Shown here in pieces: positions 19,195 through 28,549 of a stretch of DNA of 64,000 bases (the stretch's first letter is position 1; the number at the start of each line of letters is the position of its first letter). The notes beneath the pieces were generated by a model, which searched no databases, was not told the origin of the DNA, and was given only the letters and a program-made list of their open reading frames with translations. The stretch comes from Blastomonas sp. (GTDB lineage: Bacteria > Pseudomonadota > Alphaproteobacteria > Sphingomonadales > Sphingomonadaceae): assembly GCF_046294995.1 (NCBI RefSeq), contig NZ_JBKBOG010000001.1, forward strand, positions 740,582-804,581, written 5' to 3'. A program made the translations under genes and the position numbers.

Positions 19195-20625
19195 TTATCC
19201 CGCAACGCGGCGCATGATGCGGTCTGCCAGCGGGTCATCTTCGCTGACCATGCCGATGATGCCAAGTCCGCCTGCATCGTCGCGCCGCGCCACCAGCACC
19301 ACGAACTCGGCATCGCCGATATCGATGCTCGCAATCGGCTGCGGGTCGCTTTTGCGCAGTTTCTGGCGGGTTTCCAGCTTGCGTCCGCTCTTGTCCGAGC
19401 CGTCTTCCTTGGCGCGGCGAGCGCGGCGTTCCTGCTGCACGATCGCCTTGAGACCGCCGGGCTGCTGCTCGAGCATTTCGGCAAGGCCGCCGCGCGGCAC
19501 ATCGCGCCGCATCGCGTGGGCGAGCACGCAGGCATATTCGGCCAGCCGCGTCTTGTCGTACCCGACCCCGAAGACCAATTTGACCAAGGGCGTCATCGGC
19601 GCCCGCGCCTGTGCAGCGATGCCGCTCTGCGCCAGCAAGGCGGTATAATCATCGGGACGGCCGCGCGCTGCGATCGCGAAATCATAGGCGCGTCCGATTG
19701 CAGCATAAAGCGAAGAGCGCGAGCGTTCTTCGTTGGCCAGCGCCGCATCGACATGCGCGCGGGCGAAATCGAGCAGATCGGCCAGCGCGGCATCGTTCGT
19801 CGGCATCTCGACAGCGGGAAACGCGGCGGGCGCGGGCGCGTCTTGCGCACCGCCGCCAAAGCCGACCTCGGCCAGTCCGTCAGCGACATCGGAGAACGCC
19901 ATATAGCCGTCCAGCGGTGCGGGCTCTTCGTACGCTGCCAGATCAAGCTCGCCTGGCGCCAGGTTCTGCGCGGGGTCGTCCTCCCAGATCGGCAACGCGG
20001 GCTTGCGCGGCGCCTGCTTGACCGCTTCATCGATCTGCAGGATCAGCGTCTCGGTCAGCGATTTGTCGGCGAGCTCCTTCCAGTTGATGACGCCATAGAC
20101 AAAGTCGATGCTGTCATCGTCGGTGGAAAACGGCAGCAGGATGCCGCGGTACATGATCGTCGATCCGCGATCGTTGACGTATTCGGCTTCGAATCCGATC
20201 GGCGCCTGGTTGGCCAGGATCTGCATGTAATGATCGGTGATTCGCGACAGCAGCGACTTGCCGGGGACCTCGTCGAGATAGGACACGGCATCGTCGAGAT
20301 TGCACTCGTCGCGCAGTGCCTTGCCGATGAACGGGATCGCGGGGTTTTCAATTCCCGAGGTGAAATCGAGCAACACGCTGTTGGGGCCGAAGTCCTCGAT
20401 ATTTTCCGGATCAAGGTCCTCGATCGACGGAAAAACGCGGTTTCCAAGCAGTTTCGCCCAGTAATTATAGGCCCGCACATGCATCCGCCGCTCGTCGCTG
20501 CCAAACGACTGTGGCGGATCCATCAGCGCTTCGTCATCGGCTTCCGGTGCTGGCGACGCCAGCGGTGCGTCGTCTGCGTCGTCATGGCCGTACACGCCAT
20601 CGCGATATCCGCGCAGAGTATCCAT
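19195..20625 (-). CDS. Hypothetical protein with N-terminal PAS_5-like region
   Basis: The Met at 20625 (MDTLRGY..) is chosen. AYNYWAKLLGNRVFPSIEDLDPENIEDFGPNSVLLDF resembles the alphaproteobacterial PAS_5 fold signature as I recall it. The rest is unassigned. Confidence 0.55.
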   Translation of the reverse strand: MDTLRGYRDGVYGHDDADDAPLASPAPEADDEALMDPPQSFGSDERRMHVRAYNYWAKLLGNRVFPSIEDLDPENIEDFGPNSVLLDFTSGIENPAIPFIGKALRDECNLDDAVSYLDEVPGKSLLSRITDHYMQILANQAPIGFEAEYVNDRGSTIMYRGILLPFSTDDDSIDFVYGVINWKELADKSLTETLILQIDEAVKQAPRKPALPIWEDDPAQNLAPGELDLAAYEEPAPLDGYMAFSDVADGLAEVGFGGGAQDAPAPAAFPAVEMPTNDAALADLLDFARAHVDAALANEERSRSSLYAAIGRAYDFAIAARGRPDDYTALLAQSGIAAQARAPMTPLVKLVFGVGYDKTRLAEYACVLAHAMRRDVPRGGLAEMLEQQPGGLKAIVQQERRARRAKEDGSDKSGRKLETRQKLRKSDPQPIASIDIGDAEFVVLVARRDDAGGLGIIGMVSEDDPLADRIMRRVAG

Positions 20626-20825
20626 TGATCGGTCCCAACCTGTGTTTTTCAGACCGGCATTGTCTCGCAAGTGGGTAAAGGCAGGGTTAACCGCCCCTCC
20701 GCGAAACAACGCGAGGCACCTGCCGCGCGCAAACGCCGCCAAGCCTCCGAACGCGGCTTGCATCCTGCCCCGCCTGCTGTTAACGGCTCCGCACGCAAAC
20801 CCGGCCCCCCAAAAGCCGACCCTGC

Positions 20826-20901
20826 GCCGCTTTAGCTCAGTTGGTAGAGCACATCATTCGTAATGATGGGGTCACGTGTTCGAGTCACGTAAGCGGCACC
20901 A
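20826..20901 (+). tRNA. tRNA-Thr (anticodon CGT)
   Basis: Hand-folded cloverleaf. Acceptor GCCGCTT/AAGCGGC, D arm GCTC..GAGC, anticodon stem CATCA/TGATG with loop TTCGTAA, T arm ACGTG-TTCGAGT-CACGT, encoded CCA. Confidence 0.95.
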
Positions 20902-21100
20902 CCACCCGTTCGATCGACATGGTCGAATGCGGGAGGGTTCGACGGGGCCATTACCCTTGCGACAAGCCTCCACCACCGCCGGCGCATCGGACCAACGGAA
21001 ACGATCAAGCCTCGACACGGACGCGTGGTTATGCTGTTCTGTTGTTCCTGACTGAAACGTCGGGCCAGAAAGAATCCCTAACGGGGACGGGGGGAGCGCG

Positions 21101-21997
21101 ATGGGACGGGCGACCAGATTAGCATTGCCGCGGGTCGACCGCGCCAGCCTTGATCGGCTGGAAGCGCACTTCGTGTCGCCGGAAATCTATCGGCGCGATG
21201 ATCTGTCTGCGCGCCAGGTCAAGCTGGCGCGCCTGATATCGGAAAACGTGATCCCCCAGTTGCTGCGCATCCATTCGGAGGTCCTCCCCGATGCGCCGCC
21301 TGCCGAGGCACTGGTCGAGGCTTTGGCGCCCAGCAATGCAGACATCGCCAGCCTTGCCGACATCATCCTGGGCAACGATCTTGAAGCTGCGGTGGCCTAT
21401 GTGATGGTTCTTCGCGAGCGCGGCCTTTCCACCGAGACGCTGTTTATCAGCGTGCTGGAGCCGACCGCGCGGCTGCTGGGCGAGATGTGGGACGCCGACA
21501 GATGCGATTTCGTCGATGTGACGATCGGCGTCTCGCGGCTGCAGAAGCTTCTGGCCATCTTCAACAACTCGCACACCGTGCCCGCGCTCGATGTCCGCCG
21601 GCACGTGCTGATGGCGATGACTCCGGGCGATCAGCATTATTTCGGCGTCACCATGGTCGAGCGCTTCCTGCTGGCTGCAGGATGGAAGGTCCAGGCCGAG
21701 CTCTCTGGCACCGCCGACGACCTCGCCGAAGTCGCGAGGTGCAACTGGTTCGCCGTCGCGGGCTTCACGATGGGGTCCGAACAGATGATCGACAGCCTCA
21801 AGGCGACGATCGATCTGGTACGACAGGAATCGCGCAATCCGACCATCGGTATCATGGTCGGCGGTCCGTTGTTCACGGCCAACCCCGCGCTTGCCCTGGA
21901 GGTCGGCGCAGATGCCACCGCGCCCAACGCGCCTGGCGCTGTTCTGGTGGCGCAAAAGCTGTTCGACCTTGCGGTTCCGGGCTTCGCGCAGGCCTGA
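21101..21997 (+). CDS. Cobalamin (B12)-binding domain protein, likely sensory/regulatory
   Basis: C-terminal Rossmann-like domain with the DxHxxG signature (GDQHYFG) and a downstream MVGGP glycine motif. N-terminal helical region of about 150 aa. Confidence 0.75.
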   Translation: MGRATRLALPRVDRASLDRLEAHFVSPEIYRRDDLSARQVKLARLISENVIPQLLRIHSEVLPDAPPAEALVEALAPSNADIASLADIILGNDLEAAVAYVMVLRERGLSTETLFISVLEPTARLLGEMWDADRCDFVDVTIGVSRLQKLLAIFNNSHTVPALDVRRHVLMAMTPGDQHYFGVTMVERFLLAAGWKVQAELSGTADDLAEVARCNWFAVAGFTMGSEQMIDSLKATIDLVRQESRNPTIGIMVGGPLFTANPALALEVGADATAPNAPGAVLVAQKLFDLAVPGFAQA

Positions 21998-22086
21998 TCC
22001 GGCTGTCAGCCGGATATCGTCCGGGTTCGGCGCGGTTTAGCGTAAACGTCGGGCCACCGGGCCTAGCAAGCGCTCCGCCTCGCGGA

Positions 22087-24942
22087 TCAGCTTTCGATCA
22101 GCTCGCGGATGCGGGCTGCAAGCACCTCCACCGAAAACGGCTTGGTCAGCACATGCATTTCCTGGTCGACCTGCCCGCAGCCGAAAACCGAGGCCTCGGC
22201 ATATCCGGTGATGAAAAGGACCTTGAGATCGTGGCGTACGGCGCGTGCCGCCTCGGCGACCTGCCTTCCATTGAGCCCGCCGGGCAGGCCGACGTCGGTC
22301 ACCAGCAGATCGATCCGCAAATCGGATTCGAGAACCTTGAGGCCCGCCACGCCATCGACCGCCTCGATCGCTGTATAGCCCAGATCGGTCAGCACTTCTG
22401 CGACCAGCATCCGCACGGTCGGCTCATCATCGATAACCAGAACCGTTTCTCCCGCCGCAGCATGCGGCGACGCGTCGAACCCAATGGCGGCGGCGGCAGG
22501 TTCTACATCGCCAAAATGGCGTGGCAGATAGATGCAGACTTTTGTGCCTGCGCCCACCTCGGAGGACATCGACACAGATCCGCCCGACTGTTTGGCAAAG
22601 CCGTAGATCATCGACAGCCCGAGCCCCGTGCCTTCGCCCATCGGCTTGGTGGTGAAGAACGGGTCGAACGCCTTGGCGATGATGTCCGGCGACATCCCGG
22701 TTCCGGTGTCGGCGACGCACAGCGAGATGTAATCTCCCTGGGCCAGACCATGCTGCCCGGCGCTTTGCTCATCCATCGTGCAGTTGCGTGTCTCGATCGC
22801 AATCACGCCGCCGCCGGGCATGGCGTCGCGGGCATTGATGCACAGGTTCAGCACTGCATTTTCAAGCTGGCTGGAATCGATCAGGCTTGGCCACAATTCC
22901 TCGCCGGTGCCGATTTCGAGCCGGATGGCAGGGCCCACCGTACGGCAGATCAGATCTTCCATCCCCGCGACCAGCAGCGTTATGTTGGTCGGCTTCGGCG
23001 CGAGCGTCTGCCGCCGGGCAAATGCCAGCAACCGGTGGGTGAGGGCGGCCGCGCGATCGGCGGCACCGCGCGCCGCGGCGATATAGCGTTCGACATCGTC
23101 CACCCGCCCTCTGGCGATCCGCGCCTGCATCATTTCAAGGCTGCCTGATATGCCCGTGAGCAGATTGTTGAAATCGTGCGCAAGCCCCCCGGTGAGTTGC
23201 CCGACAGCCTCCATTTTCTGTGATTGGCGCAGCGCATCTTGCGCCGTCATCAGTTCCTCGGTCCGCTCCCGGACACGTGCCTCGAGCGTCTCGTTGAGTT
23301 CCCGCAACTCGCTCTCGGCACGTTTGCGTACAGTCAGGTCGAGCATGGCGCCGATCATGCGGACCGCCTGGCCCGTGTCGTCCCTGAACACATGGCCGCG
23401 ATCGAAGATGTCCGAATAGGTGCCATCGGCGCGGCGGAAGCGATATTCGCTGGCCCATTGCTCGCCTTGGCCCGCGATCACGGCATGAATGTCTTTTTGT
23501 ACACGCAACCGGTCATCGGGGTGGATGTTGTCGATCCACCAGTCGGCGGTCGGCTCAATATCTTCGCAGGTGTAGCCGAACAGCACGGTCACCGCCTCGT
23601 TCCAGTCGATGCGGTTGGACAGCAGGTTCCAGTCCCAGATGGCATCGTTGGTCGCCTTGGCTGCCAGCCTGTAACGCTGCTCGGTTTCGCGCAGCGCCGC
23701 CTCGGCCGCGCGCCGCTCGGTTTCGTCCCGCGCGATCTTGATGAAGCCGGTGATCTCGCCTTGCGCATCATGCAGCGGACGAACCGACCCGTTGGCGAAG
23801 ATGCGCAGTCCGTCCCGCCGCAGGTGCCAGCGCTCGCCGCCAGCATAGCCCTGCGCACGCGCCGTGGCCAGTTCGGCATAAGGAACGCCGCGCTCGCGGT
23901 CTTCCTCGGTATACAGGATGTCGGCGCGTTTCCCGGTGATCTCGCTGGCCTTCCAGCCGAAGACGGCCTCCGCGCCGGGTGTCCAGTCGATGACATGATT
24001 GTCGACATCGACCGTGAAGATGGCGTGGTCCTTGACGCTCTCGACGATCCGGCGATTGCGCTCCTCACTCTCGCGCAGTTCGGCCTGGGCTCGCCGCGCC
24101 TCGGTTGCGTCATGACCTTCGACGAAAATGCCCGTCACTTGACCCGAGTCATCGGTGACCGGGGCATAAATGAAATTGAGAAAATGTTCGGTTGGGGCGC
24201 CGTCTGCTTGATCCAGCACCACTTTCACCTGATCGGCGACGAACCGCTCGCCGCTCTGGTAGACGCGGTCGAGCAACTCGTAAAAGCCCTGTCCTGCCAG
24301 ATCGGGGAAGGCTTCGCGCACGGTCTTGCCGATCAGCTCACGATTTCCGAACAACCGGCGATAGGTCGCATTGGCAAATTCGTAGATGTGTTCGGGCCCG
24401 TGGAGAATGGTGATGAACCCTGGCGCCTGTTCGAACATCCGGCGCTGGCGCTCGGTCTCGGCAGCGCGGCGCCGCTCGGCCAGCACCTGTTCGGTGATCT
24501 CGGTGCAGGCGCAGAACAGCCCCTGGACAATACCACCCTTGCCGGTGACGGGTGTGTACGAGAACTGAAAATGCGTTTCCTCAAGATACCCGCGCCGCAT
24601 CATCATCAAGGTAATGTCGTCCATATGGACGGGCATTCCGCGATAGGCCTGCTCGACGATCGGGGCGAGATCCGCCTCTATCTCGGACCACACCTCAAGG
24701 AAGGGGCGTCCGAGTGCCGCGGGATGCTTGTTGGCCAAAATCGTCGCATAAGCATCGTTGTAGGTGAGGATATGTTCGTCTCCCCAGACGACGAACATCG
24801 GCTGGTTTGAGCCCAGCAGCACCGCGACCAATGTCTTGAGCGGCGTGGGCCAGGCTGCGGGCGCCCCCAGAGACGTGCCGGTCCAATCGAACGCCCGCAT
24901 TGCCGCGCCCATCTGACCGCCGTCTGCAAGGAAACTCAGCAT
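22087..24942 (-). CDS. Multi-PAS hybrid sensor histidine kinase with C-terminal receiver
   Basis: Several PAS-like repeats, H-box GGLAHDFNNLLT, N/G boxes (NLCINARDAMP, DTGTGM, GTGLGLS) and a receiver (VLVIDDEP..DLLVTDVGLPGG..K). The ATG at 24942 has GAGGA 5 nt upstream. Confidence 0.9.
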   Translation of the reverse strand: MLSFLADGGQMGAAMRAFDWTGTSLGAPAAWPTPLKTLVAVLLGSNQPMFVVWGDEHILTYNDAYATILANKHPAALGRPFLEVWSEIEADLAPIVEQAYRGMPVHMDDITLMMMRRGYLEETHFQFSYTPVTGKGGIVQGLFCACTEITEQVLAERRRAAETERQRRMFEQAPGFITILHGPEHIYEFANATYRRLFGNRELIGKTVREAFPDLAGQGFYELLDRVYQSGERFVADQVKVVLDQADGAPTEHFLNFIYAPVTDDSGQVTGIFVEGHDATEARRAQAELRESEERNRRIVESVKDHAIFTVDVDNHVIDWTPGAEAVFGWKASEITGKRADILYTEEDRERGVPYAELATARAQGYAGGERWHLRRDGLRIFANGSVRPLHDAQGEITGFIKIARDETERRAAEAALRETEQRYRLAAKATNDAIWDWNLLSNRIDWNEAVTVLFGYTCEDIEPTADWWIDNIHPDDRLRVQKDIHAVIAGQGEQWASEYRFRRADGTYSDIFDRGHVFRDDTGQAVRMIGAMLDLTVRKRAESELRELNETLEARVRERTEELMTAQDALRQSQKMEAVGQLTGGLAHDFNNLLTGISGSLEMMQARIARGRVDDVERYIAAARGAADRAAALTHRLLAFARRQTLAPKPTNITLLVAGMEDLICRTVGPAIRLEIGTGEELWPSLIDSSQLENAVLNLCINARDAMPGGGVIAIETRNCTMDEQSAGQHGLAQGDYISLCVADTGTGMSPDIIAKAFDPFFTTKPMGEGTGLGLSMIYGFAKQSGGSVSMSSEVGAGTKVCIYLPRHFGDVEPAAAAIGFDASPHAAAGETVLVIDDEPTVRMLVAEVLTDLGYTAIEAVDGVAGLKVLESDLRIDLLVTDVGLPGGLNGRQVAEAARAVRHDLKVLFITGYAEASVFGCGQVDQEMHVLTKPFSVEVLAARIRELIES

Positions 24943-25217
24943 GTAAATCCTCGTGCTCCGCCTGCTGCTCGATATTGGCGCCAGGTTTGCCACAGGGCGT
25001 TGGAACCAGCCAGAGCGACGGGTTCCGCGCCGACGTTCAGCACCAGTATGTCAACAAAGCGAGCATTAGCACTGCGAACGCAACGGATCGGTTGACGTTC
25101 CTGCCGTCGGGACAGAATTCATGCTGGATGCCAGTCGGCAAGCCCCTCCAAGAGCGGCGTGATCCAGCCAGGCCTCAAGCCGAAGCCATGAGCCGGTCCT
25201 TGGACGCGCGGCGCCTG

Positions 25218-27575
25218 TCAGAAGCGATAGCGCAGTTGTGCGCCAAAGGTTCTGGGTTCACCGAAGGCTGCCGAGATGAACCCTGATGCCCCGGTATACA
25301 GCTGAATCCCTCCGACCTTGTAGACAGTGTCGGTGAGGTTTCTGACATACAGGTTCAGGTCGAAATTGGAGCCGCCGATCTGTTTCCAGCCGACACTGGC
25401 GTCGACCAGCCAATAACCCTCCTGCCGCAGCAGCGGCAAAATGGCGGCCGGATGCTGCGCGATCACGACATTGGTTTGCAGCGCGTTGATCCAGATATCG
25501 TCGGTATAGGCTGCGTTCGCCGAGATATTGAGCGAGCCCAGGTTCGATGGCAGCGGCACCTCATAGGAAACCAAGGCGTTTCCTGCGAATTCCGGCGTGA
25601 AGAAGAACGGCGTCGACGACAAATCGGTGTTGGTGGCCGGATCGATCCAGTCATTGTATTTCGGATCATTGTAAACCAGGTTGAACTGGAAGGTCAGATT
25701 GTTGGTCGGCTTGATCGTTTGCTGCAGCTCGATGCCGAAAACCTGCGCCGATGCGGCGTTGGTCACGCTCGATGCAGCGATGCCGGTGATCGGATTGGTG
25801 ACCGCTACCGTGCGCTGGATATCGTTGTATTTCTGGAAGAACACCGCAAGGTTGGTTCGCATCTGGACATTACCCAGCGACCAGTCGGCTTTCGTCCCGA
25901 CCTCGAAATCGTTGACAGTTTCCAGCTCGAAAGGTTCGTATTGGATCGGCAGTGATGCGCGCAGATTGAAGCCGCCTGAGCGGTATCCATAGCGGCTGGT
26001 GGCGTAGACCAGAATGTCGGGCGTGATCTTGTAGTCGAGCGCGACGGTGCCGGTCGGCTGGCTGAAGCTGTCCTTCAGCGTGATCTCGCAGCCACCCAGC
26101 GGCAGCCGCGTCAGGCCTGTCCCTGCAGCGTTCGCCACCTGAAGCAGGCACAATGCCCCATTGACCGTTTGGTTCAGGATGAGCGTCCTGTCGTCTCGGT
26201 TCAAACGCCCGCCAGCGGTCAACGTCAGTTCGGGGGTCAGCTTGAAGGATCCTTGCGCAAACACGGAATAGCTCTTGTTGTCCACCGTGCCGTTTTGCGA
26301 GATCCGCGAGCCGAAAAAGGCTGCGGGGGTCATTTCGGAGCCCTCTTCGCGATAATAATAGCCGCCTACCACCCAGTCTAGCCGGTCGCCGAACGCGGTG
26401 CCCAGCAGCTGGCCTTCAAGGCTCATGTGATCCAGCGATGCGCGTTGTTCAGACGTCAGGATGCCAGGCACGATGGTGCCATCCAGATCCATCACGATGT
26501 CTGTGTCGACCTGACGATACGCCGCGATCACTTTCATGTTCAGCGTATCGCTCAAGCGCGCCGTCGTGGTGTTGCTGATGCTCCACGCCTCGACATCGTC
26601 CCGTTGATCCAGATCGCTTTCGATATCGGTCACCGGCCGGTTCTGCGCTCGGGCCAGCGCGGCGGCGAAGGCGGGGGCGAAGGCAGGGTTCAGCCCCGCG
26701 TTCGGATGTGTCGGGTTGATCGCCTGCAAGACCGTGCCGCGACCCTCGGTTTGCTTCGAGTCATAGGTGACCATGATGGTGTTGGTGATATCGGGGGTGA
26801 GCTGGCCCACCGCCGTCACCCGGATCGACCGCGTCTTCTGCCCGCCCAACCTGTTTCCGAATCTCGGACCCGGCGTGACATCGGTCTGATAATCGCCGCC
26901 ATCGATGGTGCGTCCGGCGATGCGCACCTGGAAGGTGTCGGCGAGCGGCAGGTCGAGGCCGATCTGGGTTTCGACCAGACCAAAATTGCCGGCGCCGACC
27001 ATGAAATCTCCGGCAAGGCTGGTGCCGGGCGCGCGCGGCGTCAGCAAGACGGCCCCGCCGATGGTATTGCGCCCGAACAGCGTGCCCTGCGGTCCCTTGA
27101 GGACCTGGATATTCTCGAGGTCGTAAAAGCCCAGATTGCTGCCCTGCGCGGGAGACTGGACGACATCGGCCAGATAGATCGCGACCGTCGGATCCTGCCC
27201 GTATATCGCTTCGGTCGGACGGATACCGCGGATCGAATAGACCGGCGCATTGGGGCGACCCGAGGACGAACTCGATGAGAAGGATGGCTCCAGCGCCTGA
27301 AGATTGTCGAGATCCTCGAAGCGGAAGCTCTCGAGAACTTCGTTGCTGAGCACCGACACCGAAATGGGGACCGACTGCACGTTCTCGTCGCGACGACGGG
27401 CGGTGACGACGATTTCGTCGATCGCGTTGTCTATCCTTGGTGCATTATCGGGCTGTTCGGCGGCGTGGGCAGCGACCGGATGCATGGTGAGCATCAGCAC
27501 CGCCCCTGTCGCCATCAGCGCCGTGCGTGTATGGCGTCGGCAGTTCTGCCCCGCAGGCACGGATGTCCCGTTCAT
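25218..27575 (-). CDS. TonB-dependent receptor
   Basis: Plug-domain motifs (IVVTARRR, GIRPTEAIYGQDP, VLKGPQGTLFGRNTIGG) and a C-terminal ..RTFGAQLRYRF terminal-Phe beta-barrel signature. The Met at 27575 is chosen. Confidence 0.9.
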   Translation of the reverse strand: MNGTSVPAGQNCRRHTRTALMATGAVLMLTMHPVAAHAAEQPDNAPRIDNAIDEIVVTARRRDENVQSVPISVSVLSNEVLESFRFEDLDNLQALEPSFSSSSSSGRPNAPVYSIRGIRPTEAIYGQDPTVAIYLADVVQSPAQGSNLGFYDLENIQVLKGPQGTLFGRNTIGGAVLLTPRAPGTSLAGDFMVGAGNFGLVETQIGLDLPLADTFQVRIAGRTIDGGDYQTDVTPGPRFGNRLGGQKTRSIRVTAVGQLTPDITNTIMVTYDSKQTEGRGTVLQAINPTHPNAGLNPAFAPAFAAALARAQNRPVTDIESDLDQRDDVEAWSISNTTTARLSDTLNMKVIAAYRQVDTDIVMDLDGTIVPGILTSEQRASLDHMSLEGQLLGTAFGDRLDWVVGGYYYREEGSEMTPAAFFGSRISQNGTVDNKSYSVFAQGSFKLTPELTLTAGGRLNRDDRTLILNQTVNGALCLLQVANAAGTGLTRLPLGGCEITLKDSFSQPTGTVALDYKITPDILVYATSRYGYRSGGFNLRASLPIQYEPFELETVNDFEVGTKADWSLGNVQMRTNLAVFFQKYNDIQRTVAVTNPITGIAASSVTNAASAQVFGIELQQTIKPTNNLTFQFNLVYNDPKYNDWIDPATNTDLSSTPFFFTPEFAGNALVSYEVPLPSNLGSLNISANAAYTDDIWINALQTNVVIAQHPAAILPLLRQEGYWLVDASVGWKQIGGSNFDLNLYVRNLTDTVYKVGGIQLYTGASGFISAAFGEPRTFGAQLRYRF

Positions 27576-27782
27576 CGATCCTCTCCCTAGGCTGCGGCGC
27601 GCTATGACTGCACGTCCGCGTTGTTCCCGCTTGATGTTCTCCAAGCGTGTTCGACGAGATGATGGGTTTATTGGTGCAACGCCAAACGGTTCGGGAAATC
27701 ATCGCACAGGCGGGGCGCGCATCGGGAAAGCCACTCAGTCGTGAGCGGGAGCGAGGTTGTCGCCGACGATTTACGAAGTGAC

Positions 27783-27797
27783 TGGCGGAGCGGGTGG
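27783..27797. repeat. Distal att site (displaced copy of the tRNA-Ser 3' end)
   Basis: 15/15 identity to 45713-45727. An exact 15-mer shared by chance within 64 kb is improbable, roughly 1e-4. Confidence 0.8.
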
Positions 27798-27951
27798 TTT
27801 TCCCAAGTTAACTATATGTATTTGATATAATATTCAAAATTAACCTGTGCCAATTTCAATTCCCACATGGGTTCCCTTGTGTCTTTCGCGTCTATTTCCG
27901 ACAATCGAAACTATGCCATTGTACGATATTACTGTCTATAGATTTCTGGCA
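27798..27951. repeat. Island-end module, copy X (homologous to 35631-35786)
   Basis: ttttcccaagttaactatatgtatttga.. aligns with tttttctcaagttaagtgtatgtatttga... Further shared blocks are cccaca and actatg.c..gcgatat.a.tgtctat..tt.c..gca. AT-rich. Confidence 0.65.
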
Positions 27952-28436
27952 TTATATATTCATGTCTCCCTCTCGACATAGCACTCCAATCCAGTAGGGT
28001 CTTTCGGTCCTATACAATATGAATGTGTGGCTCACGCCAAGGCGCGGCATGCGTTTGAACCGAAGACGAGTGGCCATTACGGCGCACTGCGGTATTCCTC
28101 CAGAGCCTTGCAGCCGCCACGTGGCCGGGTATTTCTGCCCCGCGTCAGCCCATGGCGCTTGATAGGTATGCGAGATTGAAAAAGCGGTGCTTGGGCCAGC
28201 TCTGAATTGAGCAGGGTCCTCAGAATTCACGCATCTCGCGACCGGCAGAATGGCTGAATTTAAGCTGTGAGTGCTCGTCATCAGCACTCCAAGCAAGCCG
28301 TTGGCGATAGTGAATTTGGCCGATCTATCGCGCGCTGGTATCTCGCTAAGCCCCTAATATGTCACCAAGAATGCTTCTCGCCAGGCTGCGAAGAAGGTTT
28401 GCATTTTTTTTTCAAAGCGTGTTGCGCCACCTCAAG

Positions 28437-28476
28437 AATCGTATACGATGACCATAACGTATACAAAATACGATTC
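28437..28476. promoter_or_regulatory. Candidate operator: repeated GTATAC palindromes upstream of a TonB receptor gene
   Basis: aatcGTATACgatg - accataac - GTATAC - aaaatacgatt, about 75-110 bp upstream of the ATG at 28550, in AT-rich DNA. Confidence 0.25.
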
Positions 28477-28549
28477 AGCAAGCAGGGAATGGAATGATGC
28501 TCACCGTGACGGATATCCGTCGCGATAAACTGATATAAGGGGTCACATC

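Noticed and set aside
27576-27782. Possible cobalamin or other riboswitch in the leader of the TonB receptor gene (25218-27575)
   Set aside because: I read the minus-strand leader looking for a B12-box-like core or a TPP-type motif and found neither. A covariance-model search with Infernal/Rfam would be needed to exclude a riboswitch.
27952-28296. 114-aa minus-strand ORF in the AT-rich island end
   Set aside because: It has no motif, no convincing start context and odd composition, and it lies in the region homologous to the non-coding end module of the other island. I treat it as non-coding, though a small island gene cannot be excluded.
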